Assembly: GCF_001194135.2 (NCBI RefSeq)
Contig: NC_068986.1
Span: 81,674,834 to 81,738,833 of the forward strand
Direction of reading: 5' to 3'
DNA length: 64,000 nt
Source of the DNA: Octopus bimaculoides
Taxonomy: Eukaryota
The position numbers were made by a program, and so were the translations under genes. A model generated the notes under the pieces. The model was given only the letters and a program-made list of their open reading frames with translations, was not told the DNA's origin and searched no databases. Of the stretch, positions 51,311 to 62,376 are shown piece after piece (the stretch's first letter is position 1; the number at the start of each line of letters is the position of its first letter).

Positions 51311-53586
51311 CAGGAAGACACAAAAGCTAGAACAATATCAACCAACAGTATACTGCAATATCTACAAACAGAAGCTTTTGGTTTACAATCACTTGAAGGA
51401 ATAAAACATTGTGGAAGTCGCTTCTACTATATTAAAAAAGTAATAAACAAGGAAAAAGAAAAAAAAAAAAAACCTTTTCTGATATCAAGTTATACTCTAT
51501 TACAAGTGACATCCAAGTAATCTCTCTCTTTCTTTCACACACACACACACAGAGATTCCTACATAATGTTATATATCTAACATACTGTAACAGTTTGTTA
51601 GATACGTATATAATACTATTGTTTGTCTCTGTATATTATAACATGTTATATCTGTAATTATTTTTACACAAAACAGAGATTAACCTATTAATCTAACATG
51701 ATTGAAGATAGAAAACATTTCACATCAAATAACTCTACCAGGGAAATGTCTTCCTAATTAGACTTAAACCTACTTCCTCATTTGCCATATTTCAGTATAT
51801 TGATTATTGATTTCTTACCTAAATATTGATTTTTCTATTTCTTGCCAGCTTGTTAATAATCAGCGCTGTAAAATTTATTCTTGTTTGATTTTACTTCCTA
51901 TTCATACTATGTTCTTTAATTATGGACATGACGTTCCATGATACACCTGTATCAAAACCTGAATGTTGAACAAAGGGATTGGCAGTGTGATGATTTTTAA
52001 TGCATGACTTTTACTATTTTCTTATTAACTGACTGACCACCATTCTGCGGAAAACACAGCCACTGACCTCATCAGCCAAACTGCTTCTTGTCTCTCCTGC
52101 TTTACTACAAATTACACTAGCCAATAGATGAAATACTGAGTGTATCTTGTCACATAGCTCTGACAACCTGTATCTCAATATACATTACTGCTAGATGTAG
52201 TGTTGATTGTATCATGTAATATTGACAACTCGTACATCAATGTAATATTAACAATTCATACATCAATCAACAACCAGAACTCTCTGACTATAACCAAAAA
52301 AAGTAGTAAAGCTCATAAAAATTTGAAAACTGGCAATATGGTTTTATATGTAGTCTAGGACATCTGTAACAGCTGTTACTGAGAGTTGTGTAGATGACAC
52401 TCAGGATAACAGTGATTAAACTTTCTTGACATGTCTGCAGATTGACATGTCAATGTCTGTCTGTATGTCTGTGCTAGCTTAGAATCTCTGTAACTGGTCA
52501 ATTAACCTTTTAATTGTTTCATTATTTCTGAACTATATATTCTTGTATTTCCCAAGATTTGATTACTTGATGTCTTGGTCTTTAGCCAGTTCCATTAATT
52601 ACTTCTTTTACTGCAATCTTGGTTCCTCTTTACATTGTTTACTCTGACAAATTGTATTAAATCACATATTGTTTCCACTTTCTCCATATTTCTAATGATG
52701 CCTCTTTATAGCATCATACAGGATACCAATACCTTTTGATTGTCAGTAGTTGTGTGTGTGTATGTGTCAGAATATGTATAAGTGTGCCAGTGGATGTGGT
52801 GTGTATGTATGTGTGTGATTGTGCATGCATGCATCCAGATTACAGCTACTGCAATGATTAACTTGGCATTAAATAGCTTCATGTTGATTTGTATGGCTAT
52901 AATCTTCCACCCACTACCTATACAGCCATCTTCTTTGATAGAACTCAGTTTATTCATTCATGTTCACTAAAATAACAGCTTTGGGCTTCCAACCAAAATT
53001 ACTCTGTTAATTTTCATGCAATTCTTCTTGTCTTTGTCCCAGAATCATGTTCCAAAACCTTCAAATAGCTCCACAACACATTTCTTTAGTTTAGATTTTT
53101 TTTCTTTGCCTATAATGAAACTGATTTCATTTGAAAGTAAAACTCATTTTCTCAATTTCCTTCAACGGGAAGATGGTAAAGGCTGCATTAAAATTCAATG
53201 TTCTATTAGATCAATTCTAGGCTATTATTGATTGATTCTAGCTTCAATTTCCTAATTGACATTAAAAGTGGTTTTAAAATAATTTTGTATATTTTCTTTT
53301 GAATTTAAAATATTTTTTGTTTTCTTTTATAAGATGTGTAAGTGATTCTTTTAATTTTATTAATTGTACAAATTTTCCTTTTTGAAATGTTTAGGTAGGT
53401 TATAATAAATATACATATATGAAGTACATCATTACTAAATCATAAAGTGCTATGGTATTCAGGTACATTGTTATTGCATCTCCGTGGTAACATTCTTTTT
53501 GTGTGCTTATGTGTGTGTACATGCACACATGTGCACACATGCAAAATAACTCTACTACAGAGATGCAATAACAATATACTTGACTA

Positions 53587-53619
<33 letters not shown>

Positions 53620-53673
53620 GTAGTCATGTATGCATATATATATATATATATATAAGTATGGTAGTCATGTATG

Positions 53674-53957
53674 TCATCATCATCATCGTTTAACATCCGC
53701 TTTCCATGCTAGCATGGGTTAGACGATTTGACTGAGGACTGGTGAACCAGATGACTGTACCAGGCTCCAATCTGATCTGGCAGAGTTTCTACAGCTGGAT
53801 GCCCTTCCTAATGCCAACCACTCTGAGAGTGTAGTGGGTGCTTTTACGTGCCACCTGCACAGGAGCCAGTCCAGCGACACTGGCAATGACCTTGCTCAAA
53901 TGGTGCTTTTTACGTGCCATTGGCACGGAAACCAGACAGCTACTCTGGCAATGATCA
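53674..53957 (-). mobile_element. Short RTE-tail element (family D)
   Basis: (TCA)n, then cgtttaacatccgctttccatgctagc...ctacagctggatgcccttcctaatgcc. Confidence 0.88.
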
Positions 53958-54740
53958 TTTGTGAATGCATTTGTACTTCAGTGCTGAAGGATCTTTTCAA
54001 CTAGGAGTTGAAACCAAGTTACTAAGAGGAGAAAGATCTAATGGATGAACTGGAATATGAACTAAATTTGAAGATGTCACATGGGTAGATGAAAGTATTG
54101 ATAGCAACCCATTTATGTCAGCTCAGGGTTTACTAAGAAACTGATGTACGTTAATAGAAGTAATAATGTCCCTATGGTTTATTGACAACTACTGAACCAG
54201 AGAGAAAGAGAGTTAAAGTCTATTATAGAATTGTGTCTCAGAAAATAATATTATGCAGAAAAAATATATTCCTGTTTTTGCTATCCCTTAAGCCACATTT
54301 TGTTGAATTGGAATCCATTTTGGTAGCATTTGACTGTGTTGTAATTGTTAAAATATAAAATTCTTTATTTGCTCGCTCTGTATTTATTATTGTTAAAAGC
54401 TCCATTTCCAATGTCTTGTTCTGACAGTAGTCCTATCTTCCCCATTAATAGTTATATAGCACTAGTAGTAAACTTAGACATTAGTACTTTAATGGTGCAA
54501 CTGTGCTTTAGCTGTAGCATTAGGTGCACTTTACTGTAGAATACTCCATGAAAAAGTTTAATAATTACCATTATTATCAATATCACATCTATCCTAAATC
54601 TTTTTCTCTTTCATGCTGCTTACAGATATATTTGAAGAAATATAGCATTTAGTTGGATATTCTTTACATATATATAGTCATAGTTCTGAGAAGGACAGTG
54701 ATGATACACTACTTCACTATTGAGTGATAGCTTCAGTATT

Positions 54741-55092
54741 ATACTGTGTTGGTGGAGTGGAACTGGAGTGCCAAATTGTGTTGTTGAAAGGCAGCTTGTG
54801 TTACATTGTATTGTCAGTGGAAATGGAGTGTCATATTGTAGTGTTGACTCAGAGCTTGAGTGCTGCACTGTATTGTTAGAGGGGAACTGGAATGTCATAT
54901 GATAGTGCTGAGTGGCAGCTTGAGTGTTATACTGTATTGTCAGAGTGTCATGTAGTGTTGAGTGGAAACTTAAGTGGTACATTGTACTGTTAGAGTGGGA
55001 CTAGAGTGTCATACTGAAATGTTGAGTGTCAGCCTAAGTGTTATTCTGTATTATTAGTGGCTTGTCATATTATATTGCCAAAGTGGAGCTTA
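54741..55092. repeat. Degenerate ~62-bp tandem repeat, about 6 copies
   Basis: Consensus-like atactgtattgtcagtggaactggagtgtcatattgtagtgttgagtggcagcttgagtgtt. Confidence 0.75.
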
Positions 55093-55465
55093 TATATTCA
55101 ATGAAAGTGTCTATGAGAAACTGGAGTATTATATAGTCAGAATAGAGCTGGTATGTTACAACAGTGGTTGCTGTCTCTCTGCATTGTTCCAGTTAGAGAG
55201 GCGACCAGTGTAGTCAAATTAAAATTTCATATTTTGTTTAATAACTTAGATCACTGAATTTTACTTGAATTTAAACTCTCTCTAACAGCTAAAACACACT
55301 GTGTTACACTTTTTAATACACTGAGTATACATCTCTAATAGCTTTATGGAAAGTTTATTTATCTCCTGAGTTTGGGACCTTCTCTTAAGAAGTTTTGTGT
55401 ACAAGGCAAACTTCTGATTCAAGATTGAAAACTATCCAATAGTAGATGTTGCTGACAGAGTTAGG

Positions 55466-55645
55466 TGCAGGCATGGTTGTGTGGTTAAAAACCTTACTTT
55501 GCAACCACATGGTTACAGGTTCAGTCTTAGTGTGTGGTACTTTGGGCAAGTGTAAATAATGGAGCTGATTTGTTCTGTTAAACCCTTCGTAGTGGTGTCT
55601 CAGCATGACTGCAGTTCAATGGATGAAACTAGTAAAAGTAAAGAA
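55466..55645 (+). mobile_element. Internally deleted CORE-like SINE family B
   Basis: gcaggcatggttgtgtggttaa...ggtactttgggcaagtg joined directly to the 3' cagcatgactgcagttcaat...gtaaaag. Confidence 0.7.
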
Positions 55646-55748
55646 AAAAAACATATTAGAATTTATGTACTGTATACTGCAACAGTATTAGAATGTAACT
55701 AATTTTACGTATTCAGTATTATGCTTCCTCATAGTATTTACACATTAA

Positions 55749-55969
55749 CCCTTTCGTTACCGTATTTATTTTGAGATGTTCTGTGTTTCTTTCAATTATT
55801 TTAAATATAACAAAGAATTAAGTAAAATAACTTAGTTATCATTAAGCTATTGTTAGGAACATAACTTGTGACTAAGGTTTGGTAGAAGATTTTAATTCAA
55901 AACTTATGAAAACAAGACAGATGTACTACAGAGCCAGAACCAGTTTCAGCCAAGTTGGTAACAAAAGGG
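55749..55969. mobile_element. piggyBac-like MITE family 2
   Basis: TTAA at 55745-55748 and 55970-55973; 13-bp TIR ccctttcgttacc / ggtaacaaaaggg (1 mismatch); internal sequence unrelated to family 1. Confidence 0.85.
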
Positions 55970-56450
55970 TTAAAGAACACCTGGCTACCTCCTTTCTGTT
56001 AAAACATCTTGGCTACTACTAGAATACAGAAGTTATTATCATTATAATCATCATCACCATCATCATCATCATGTCCATTTTTCCATGTTTGCATGAGTCA
56101 GATGGAGGTTATCGAAGCAAATTTTCTATGGCTGGATGCTTTTCCTGACGCCAATCCTTACCTGTTTCCAAGCAAAGTTCTATTTCTCTTTGGTCAGACA
56201 TGTTTTTACTGAATATTGGCAATGAATGATATTCATTCACAACAATCACACAATATCAAGATAAGGAAACACAAGAACATGCACACTATCACATACATTT
56301 ATACATACACACATCCAGATTATGTATATGCGCACGTGCACATGTGTGCACACGCACACATGTAATCAAAGTAATGTGCTTTTATGACAAAGTGAGAGAC
56401 AAATTTTAAGAGAGCTTAATTTAGAAAGAGAGAGTGAGAGGAAGGTGGAA

Positions 56451-56702
56451 TCATCATCATCATCATCATCATCGTTTAACGTCCGCTTTCCATGCTAGCA
56501 TGGGTTGGACGATTTGACTGAGGACTGGTGAAACCAGATGGCTACACCAGGCTCCAATCTGATTTGGCAGAGTTTCTACAGCTGGATGCCCTTCCTAACG
56601 CCAACCACTCAGAGAGTGTAGTGAGTGCTTTTACGTGTCACCCGCACGAAGGCCAGTCAGGTGGTACTGGCAACGGCCATGCTCAAAATGGTGTATTTTA
56701 TG
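56451..56702 (-). mobile_element. Short RTE-tail element (family D), relatively young
   Basis: Same tail as 53674-53957, with several CpGs retained. Confidence 0.88.
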
Positions 56703-56947
56703 TAAGATTAAATATTTTTCACAAAAGTCACTGCATTACAGTGTAAACTGGGCGAAAAATATATTTGATATCCTGACTTAATGTTGAAATGAAAATTGTT
56801 GTTTAGAGTGAACTGTGACCAGCATCAAAGCATATGTTGAGAAGAGAGAGAGGCATATAACTGTGATGAAGGATATGTTACAGTTATGATATTGATTTAT
56901 AAAGTGCTGACAGTCAGAAAGCTTATGGTGATTGTTACATTATGGAT

Positions 56948-57310
56948 GGGTGCAGGTGTCACTGTGTGATTAGAAATCTGCTGTGTGATTAGAAAACATG
57001 GTTCCAGGTTCAGTCCCACTGCATGACATGTTGGGAAGTGTCTTTTACTATAGCTTCTAACTGACCAAAGCCAAACCTGTGAGTGGATTTGGTAGATGGA
57101 AACTAAAAGAAACCTGTTGTGTGTGTGTGTGTATTTGTCCCTCATTACTGCTTGACAACTGCTGTTGGTGTGTTTAAGTCCTTGACAGAATAAGTACAAA
57201 GGTTGTTTTTTTTTAAATAAAGTGCTGCAGTTTATTTGCTTGGCTAAAATTCTTCAAGGCAGTGAGTGCCTCAGCATGGCTAGTCTAATGACTGAAATGA
57301 TTAAGAGATA
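56948..57310 (+). mobile_element. CORE-like SINE family B (a further head lies at ~57445-57600)
   Basis: gtgcaggtgtcactgtgtgatt...ggttcagtcccactgcatgacatgttgggaagtgtctt...gaaactaaaagaaacc. Confidence 0.8.
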
Positions 57311-58184
57311 AAAGATGTAGACATATAATAAATATTACTTCTGTAATTCCTAACTTTCTTATAGTCTTGACAGAAACAATAACTTCTGGATTCTTGTAGC
57401 TGTCAAGATGTCATAACAGAAAGTGGAGTTATCTGTTGATAAATTGGTGCAGGTGTGGTTTTGTGGTTAGGAAGATTGCTTCACAACCACAGGGCTTAAG
57501 GTTCAATCCCACTGCTTGGCATTTTGGACAAATGTCTTTTACTACAGACCCAGCCCAGCCAAATGTGGAAGTGATTGATGGAAACTGAAAGAAACCTGTC
57601 ATATCACAATCTGTTTTTTTTTCTTTTTCTTTGTTGGTGTTAATATTAAAGATCTCTTACTTCTTTTCATTAGTTCCAATCTCATGTGGTTGTCCTTGTC
57701 AGATAAGTAATCAGAATGAATGCTATTTAATATTCAGTGCAGACTCTTTTCATGTTTCTCCACAGAATCAATCCAAAAGCCATCTGTTAATTTTCTCTGA
57801 TCTGCTATGACACAGATATTTCATTAATACTTGGAATTAATGTTTAGCTAAAGCCTAACAAGACTTTTATGGAAAAGTTTTCTTTCTGTCTCTAGATCAC
57901 CCTCAATAACGACCATTCTGCTTTTTCTAAAGCAATTCTTACTTTATCTCTCGTACTTTACAACAATGATATGCTATAACATCTTCATATGAAATAGCAT
58001 GACACCATTTACTTTCATTTGTCACACTTGTCTCTTTCTGTTTGTCCTGTTAATATAGGATGTAGTGTGTGTGAGTATAGCTATACATGTATGTGTGTAT
58101 GTATGAATGTTTGCATGTATGCCTGGGTGTGTGTATGCATATGTATGCATGTATATAAACCAATGCATACATAAATATGAGCAT

Positions 58185-58491
58185 GGAGGCGCAATGGCCC
58201 AGTGGTTAGGGCAGCGGACTCGCGGTAATAGGATCGTGGTTTCGATTCCCAGACCGGGTGTTGTGAGTGTTTATTGAGTGAAAACACCTAAAGCTCCACG
58301 AGGCTCCGGCAGGGGATGGTGGCAAACTCTGCTATACTCTTTCACCATAACTTTCTCTCACTTTTACTTCCTGTTTCTGTTGTTCCTGTAATTCAAAAGG
58401 TCAGCCTTGTCACACTGTGTCACGCTGAATATCCCTGAGAACTACGTTAAGGGTACATGTGTCTGTGGAGTGCTCAGCCACTTGCACGTTA
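58185..58491 (+). mobile_element. tRNA-derived SINE family C (runs into the gap)
   Basis: A-box-like tggcccagtggtt and B-box-like gtttcgattccc; its 3' part matches the reverse-strand copy at 63875-64000. Confidence 0.85.
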
Positions 58492-58660
58492 NNNNNNNNN
58501 NNNNNNNNNNNNNNNNNNNNNNNNNNNNNNNNNNNNNNNNNNNNNNNNNNNNNNNNNNNNNNNNNNNNNNNNNNNNNNNNNNNNNNNNNNNNNNNNNNNN
58601 NNNNNNNNNNNNNNNNNNNNNNNNNNNNNNNNNNNNNNNNNNNNNNNNNNNNNNNNNNNN
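58492..58660. other. Assembly gap
   Basis: Run of N. Confidence 1.
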
Positions 58661-58749
58661 ATATATATTTAGTAACGTATGGTGCCAGATTTAATTTGTT
58701 TATCACCTTAGAGAAGTAAAGTGGTACACCAGGTCTTGGCTAGGTGTTG

Positions 58750-59430
58750 AATTGCAGCTACCCAAGGCTGTGAAACTTTGGCTAATAGTCATACTTTGGC
58801 AATCTCTTCCCCCACTTCCATGTGGTCAACTATCAAAGACATTCTTGTGGTGCAAACGCATTACAGCCAACTTATGGTTCCTTACTGTTTCTTTCTTGTA
58901 TCATTTTGTTGATCAGTAGCTGCTTTATATAATGCCACACTTGGCTCTTTTCCTCTGTTGATGCCACAGTAATCTTGTAAAACATTTTGAGGTACCTAGT
59001 GCATATTTTATACGTCATGTTCTGAATCTCTATTGATTTTTGTGGTTAGGCAATTTTTTGAAATAGCAAGACATACCTAACATGCACCTGATTCTCTTTT
59101 GCTACTGTATTATCACTTCTCTCCAGAATAAGGCAAGATTTTGTAATCAATACTCTGTTATAAAGTCTAGACCGAGAAATTTTCTATTCTGTCATACTCT
59201 TTGATTGTTTTAAATACAGCTCCATAAATTTCCTATTGTTTCTGTTCTGTTTGTTTGTAGAAGTCCTGCCCTAGTTCTTCCACATATGCAGACTGCTTCT
59301 TGAATTTATTTCTTTTCCACATCGACTTCCAATAACTTTCAACTTACTCTTTTGATGGGGTAACTTTACTGGAGATAGTAATGTTGAAGCTACACCAGAT
59401 TGATATAGGATCTCTGGCAAACAGTCTCTT
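58750..59430 (-). mobile_element. Degraded R4/Dong-type RT N-terminal fragment
   Basis: Minus-strand motifs ESYWKSMW, KQLLINKMIQE and KNVFDS.PH match the FWxxIW, QLLINKMI and YKKAFDSVPH motifs of this clade. Confidence 0.65.
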
Positions 59431-59816
59431 CAGTATTTGGAAGTGTATGCTTTCCTATATGTTTGTGTGTGTGGATAAATAGCCAACTGGTTAAACAGTT
59501 TGCTTTGAAGTTATGAGGTTCTGGATTTGATGCCACTGTACTGCATATTGGGTGTGAAATTAGTTGAGTCTATCTAATGGAAACCTATTTCATGGACTGT
59601 ACCTGTAATTCAATGGGTCAACTTAATCATACAGTCTATAAGAGAATTACATTAATGTACGGGTGTTTGTGGGATACTCAGCCACTTTTACTATAGTGTA
59701 ATGAGAAGGTAATTAATTGAACAACTGGAAAATTCATTATTAAAACTGACATAAAGATCCATTCACTTCAAGTTTCTTTATACATACATTTGCATATATG
59801 GTTGTATGTGTGTGTG

Positions 59817-59865
<49 letters not shown>

Positions 59866-60133
59866 TGCATGCATGAATGGGTATCTGTATGGTTGTATAC
59901 ATGCAGGAGGATGTGTATATAGATGTTGTGTGTGTGTGAGATCATCCTGAAATGCAACAATATATCAGGTCTTTAAGAATGAAGTGTCTGATTTTGAACT
60001 GAAAGTTTATTTTACTTTATCTCAGCAAAAAGCAATGCAGTTAATTAAAGTGCACCTAAATTATCAACACAATTTTGTCATTATGTACATTATTTATAAT
60101 TGACGGATATTCGTCTTCATCTTGTTTGTTGTT

Positions 60134-60179
60134 AACACAACGTTTTGGCTGATACACCCTCCAGCCTTCATCAGGTGTC
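60134..60179 (-). ncRNA. Minimal type I hammerhead ribozyme motif (G12 mutated)
   Basis: gacac-CTGATGA-a-ggctg-N10-cagcc-aAAA-c-GTT-gtgtt; stems I and II pair; GAAA appears as AAAA. Confidence 0.6.
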
Positions 60180-60444
60180 TTGGGGAAATTTTGAACCTGA
60201 GTTCTAATTCCTAAGGTATTTTTCGATGTTGTTGTTATTATTATTATTCAGGTCACTGCCTGGAATCAATCTCGGAATTTTGGGGTTAGTAGCCCGCACT
60301 CTTAACACCATATGGCGTAGTGGTTAAGAGCGCGGGCTACTAACCCCAAGATTCCAAGTTCGATTCCAGGCAGTGACCTGAATAAAAATAATAACTTAAA
60401 AAAATACCTTAGGAATGAGAACCCAAGTTCAAAATTTCCCCCAA

Positions 60445-60490
60445 GACACCTGATGAAGGCTGGAGGGTGTATCAGCCAAAATGTTGTGTT
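60445..60490 (+). ncRNA. Minimal type I hammerhead ribozyme motif (G12 mutated)
   Basis: gacac-CTGATGA-a-ggctg-gagggtgtat-cagcc-aAAA-t-GTT-gtgtt. Confidence 0.55.
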
Positions 60491-61710
60491 AACAACAAAT
60501 AAGATGACGACAAATATCCATCAATTGTAAATATTGTAAATAATGTACATAATTCCTCATCTCTTAAATATAGAACTGTACAATTTTATCATCTTATTGG
60601 TGGCTTATTTATGCCAGCAGTGAAGAATTCTGGAGTGCAAGAGGTGATGAAATCACGAAACGGTGTTTTTGCATCTGCTTCAGATTTGAAATTTTTGCCT
60701 TGCAACAAGTTGTCTAATGCCTGGAAAACATGATAGTCAGTTGGTGCAAGGTCTGGTGAATATGCTGGCTGACAGAATACTTCCAAGTTCAGTTCCTGTA
60801 ACTCGAGTAGCATTCTTTGTGCAACATGTAGTCAAGCATTGTCTTGCAAGAGAATTGGCCTGTCTTTGTTGACCAATCTCCGTTGATTAATTGGAAGTTC
60901 ACTCATCATTTCATCCAATTGGTTGATGTATACATCCGCTGTAATTGACTTACCAGGTCACAGGAAGCTGTAGTGAATAACACCATTAGCTTTTTTTTCT
61001 TTTTTTGGTGAATATTCTTTTTTGGATTCTGTTTTGGCACTTCATCTATCCAACCACTCTGTAGAACACTTGCAATTGTTGAAAAGAATCCATTTTTCAT
61101 CACATGTAACAATACAATGCAAAAATGGTTCTTTTTTTATGCCGTGACAGCAAAGAACAGCAAGTTTCAAGATGATGTGTCATTCGATGCTCATTCAGTT
61201 CATGTGGTACCGACTTGTCCAGCTTCTTTATCTTGCCAATTTGTTTCAAATGGTCCAATACAGTTGGAATCGAAACATCAAACCTTGCTGCTAACTCACG
61301 TGTAGTTCGAGATGTATCTGCTTCCACTACAGTTTCCAGCTCATCATTATCCACTTTGGTCTCAGGTCTACCGTGGGGCTGATTTTCAAGAGTAAAGTCA
61401 CCAAACAACAGGAATTTTTAATCTATCCATGGGTTCACAAAAATTGATTTACAAGAGAAAACCCACAATATAATCAGACACAATGAATTGCATTTCGAAC
61501 AGTGATGATGGAATTCTTCATTGGTGTAAAATAAAGAATTGTCAGGATAAAACATTAGAGTTAACAACCAACTGTCAGACTTGGTGCATAAGAAAATTGG
61601 ACATTTCATTCTTAATGACTGGATATATATATATATCTCACAGTAAGCACATGAATGTGAAACAAGTTGGAAAAAAATAGTACTTAAATACTGGAGGTAG
61701 AGTAATATGC

Positions 61711-62281
61711 NNNNNNNNNNNNNNNNNNNNNNNNNNNNNNNNNNNNNNNNNNNNNNNNNNNNNNNNNNNNNNNNNNNNNNNNNNNNNNNNNNNNNNNNNN
61801 NNNNNNNNNNNNNNNNNNNNNNNNNNNNNNNNNNNNNNNNNNNNNNNNNNNNNNNNNNNNNNNNNNNNNNNNNNNNNNNNNNNNNNNNNNNNNNNNNNNN
61901 NNNNNNNNNNNNNNNNNNNNNNNNNNNNNNNNNNNNNNNNNNNNNNNNNNNNNNNNNNNNNNNNNNNNNNNNNNNNNNNNNNNNNNNNNNNNNNNNNNNN
62001 NNNNNNNNNNNNNNNNNNNNNNNNNNNNNNNNNNNNNNNNNNNNNNNNNNNNNNNNNNNNNNNNNNNNNNNNNNNNNNNNNNNNNNNNNNNNNNNNNNNN
62101 NNNNNNNNNNNNNNNNNNNNNNNNNNNNNNNNNNNNNNNNNNNNNNNNNNNNNNNNNNNNNNNNNNNNNNNNNNNNNNNNNNNNNNNNNNNNNNNNNNNN
62201 NNNNNNNNNNNNNNNNNNNNNNNNNNNNNNNNNNNNNNNNNNNNNNNNNNNNNNNNNNNNNNNNNNNNNNNNNNNNNNNNN
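61711..62281. other. Assembly gap
   Basis: Run of N (571 bp). Confidence 1.
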
Positions 62282-62341
62282 ATCGTTGGCATTTTTTTTC
62301 CCCTCCGTCTTCCTTTTCTCCTGGACTTTCCTCCATCTCCT

Positions 62342-62376
62342 GTTTCTGATGAAGAGCTTTGCTTGAAATGTAAAAC
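62342..62376 (+). ncRNA. Minimal hammerhead ribozyme motif with intact core, in a probable Penelope-like terminal repeat
   Basis: gttt-CTGATGA-a-gagc-ttt-gctt-GAAA-t-GTA-aaac; stem I gttt/aaac, stem II gagc/gctt. Confidence 0.55.

Larger units (their letters stand above)
60082..60579. mobile_element. Palindromic (head-to-head) tRNA-headed SINE-like element with a Penelope-type tail
   Basis: Arms are reverse complements about the axis ccat|atgg (60311/60312). A-box-like tggcgtagtgg at 60313-60323 and B-box-like gttcgattcc at 60358-60367. 13-bp TSD acaattttgtcat (60069-60081) / acaattttatcat (60580-60592). Confidence 0.9.
60041..61430 (-). pseudogene. Mariner transposase pseudogene
   Basis: MDRLKI...GDFTLENQPHGRP...KKLDKSVPHEL (WVPHEL motif), YSPDLAPTDYHVF, GINK...R(W)QNCVDNLGA. 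Frameshifts; the first HTH appears largely deleted. Confidence 0.9.
59965..61623 (-). mobile_element. Mariner (Tc1/mariner) element with both TIRs, interrupted by a 498-bp insertion
   Basis: Left TIR tcaggtctttaagaatgaagtgtctgatttt (59965-59995) against right TIR reverse complement tccagtcattaagaatgaaatgtccaatttt (61593-61623); TA on both outer sides. Confidence 0.92.

Noticed and set aside
52060-52080. CUGAUGA words on the minus strand here and at 16497, 20399 and 20871
   Set aside because: None has a downstream stem II plus GAAA and a matching stem I, so they are not hammerheads.
58185-58260. tRNA-like sequences here, at 60313-60375 and in the family A/B heads
   Set aside because: A and B boxes are present but there is no complete cloverleaf or acceptor stem, and each continues into a repeat body. 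They are SINE heads, not tRNA genes.
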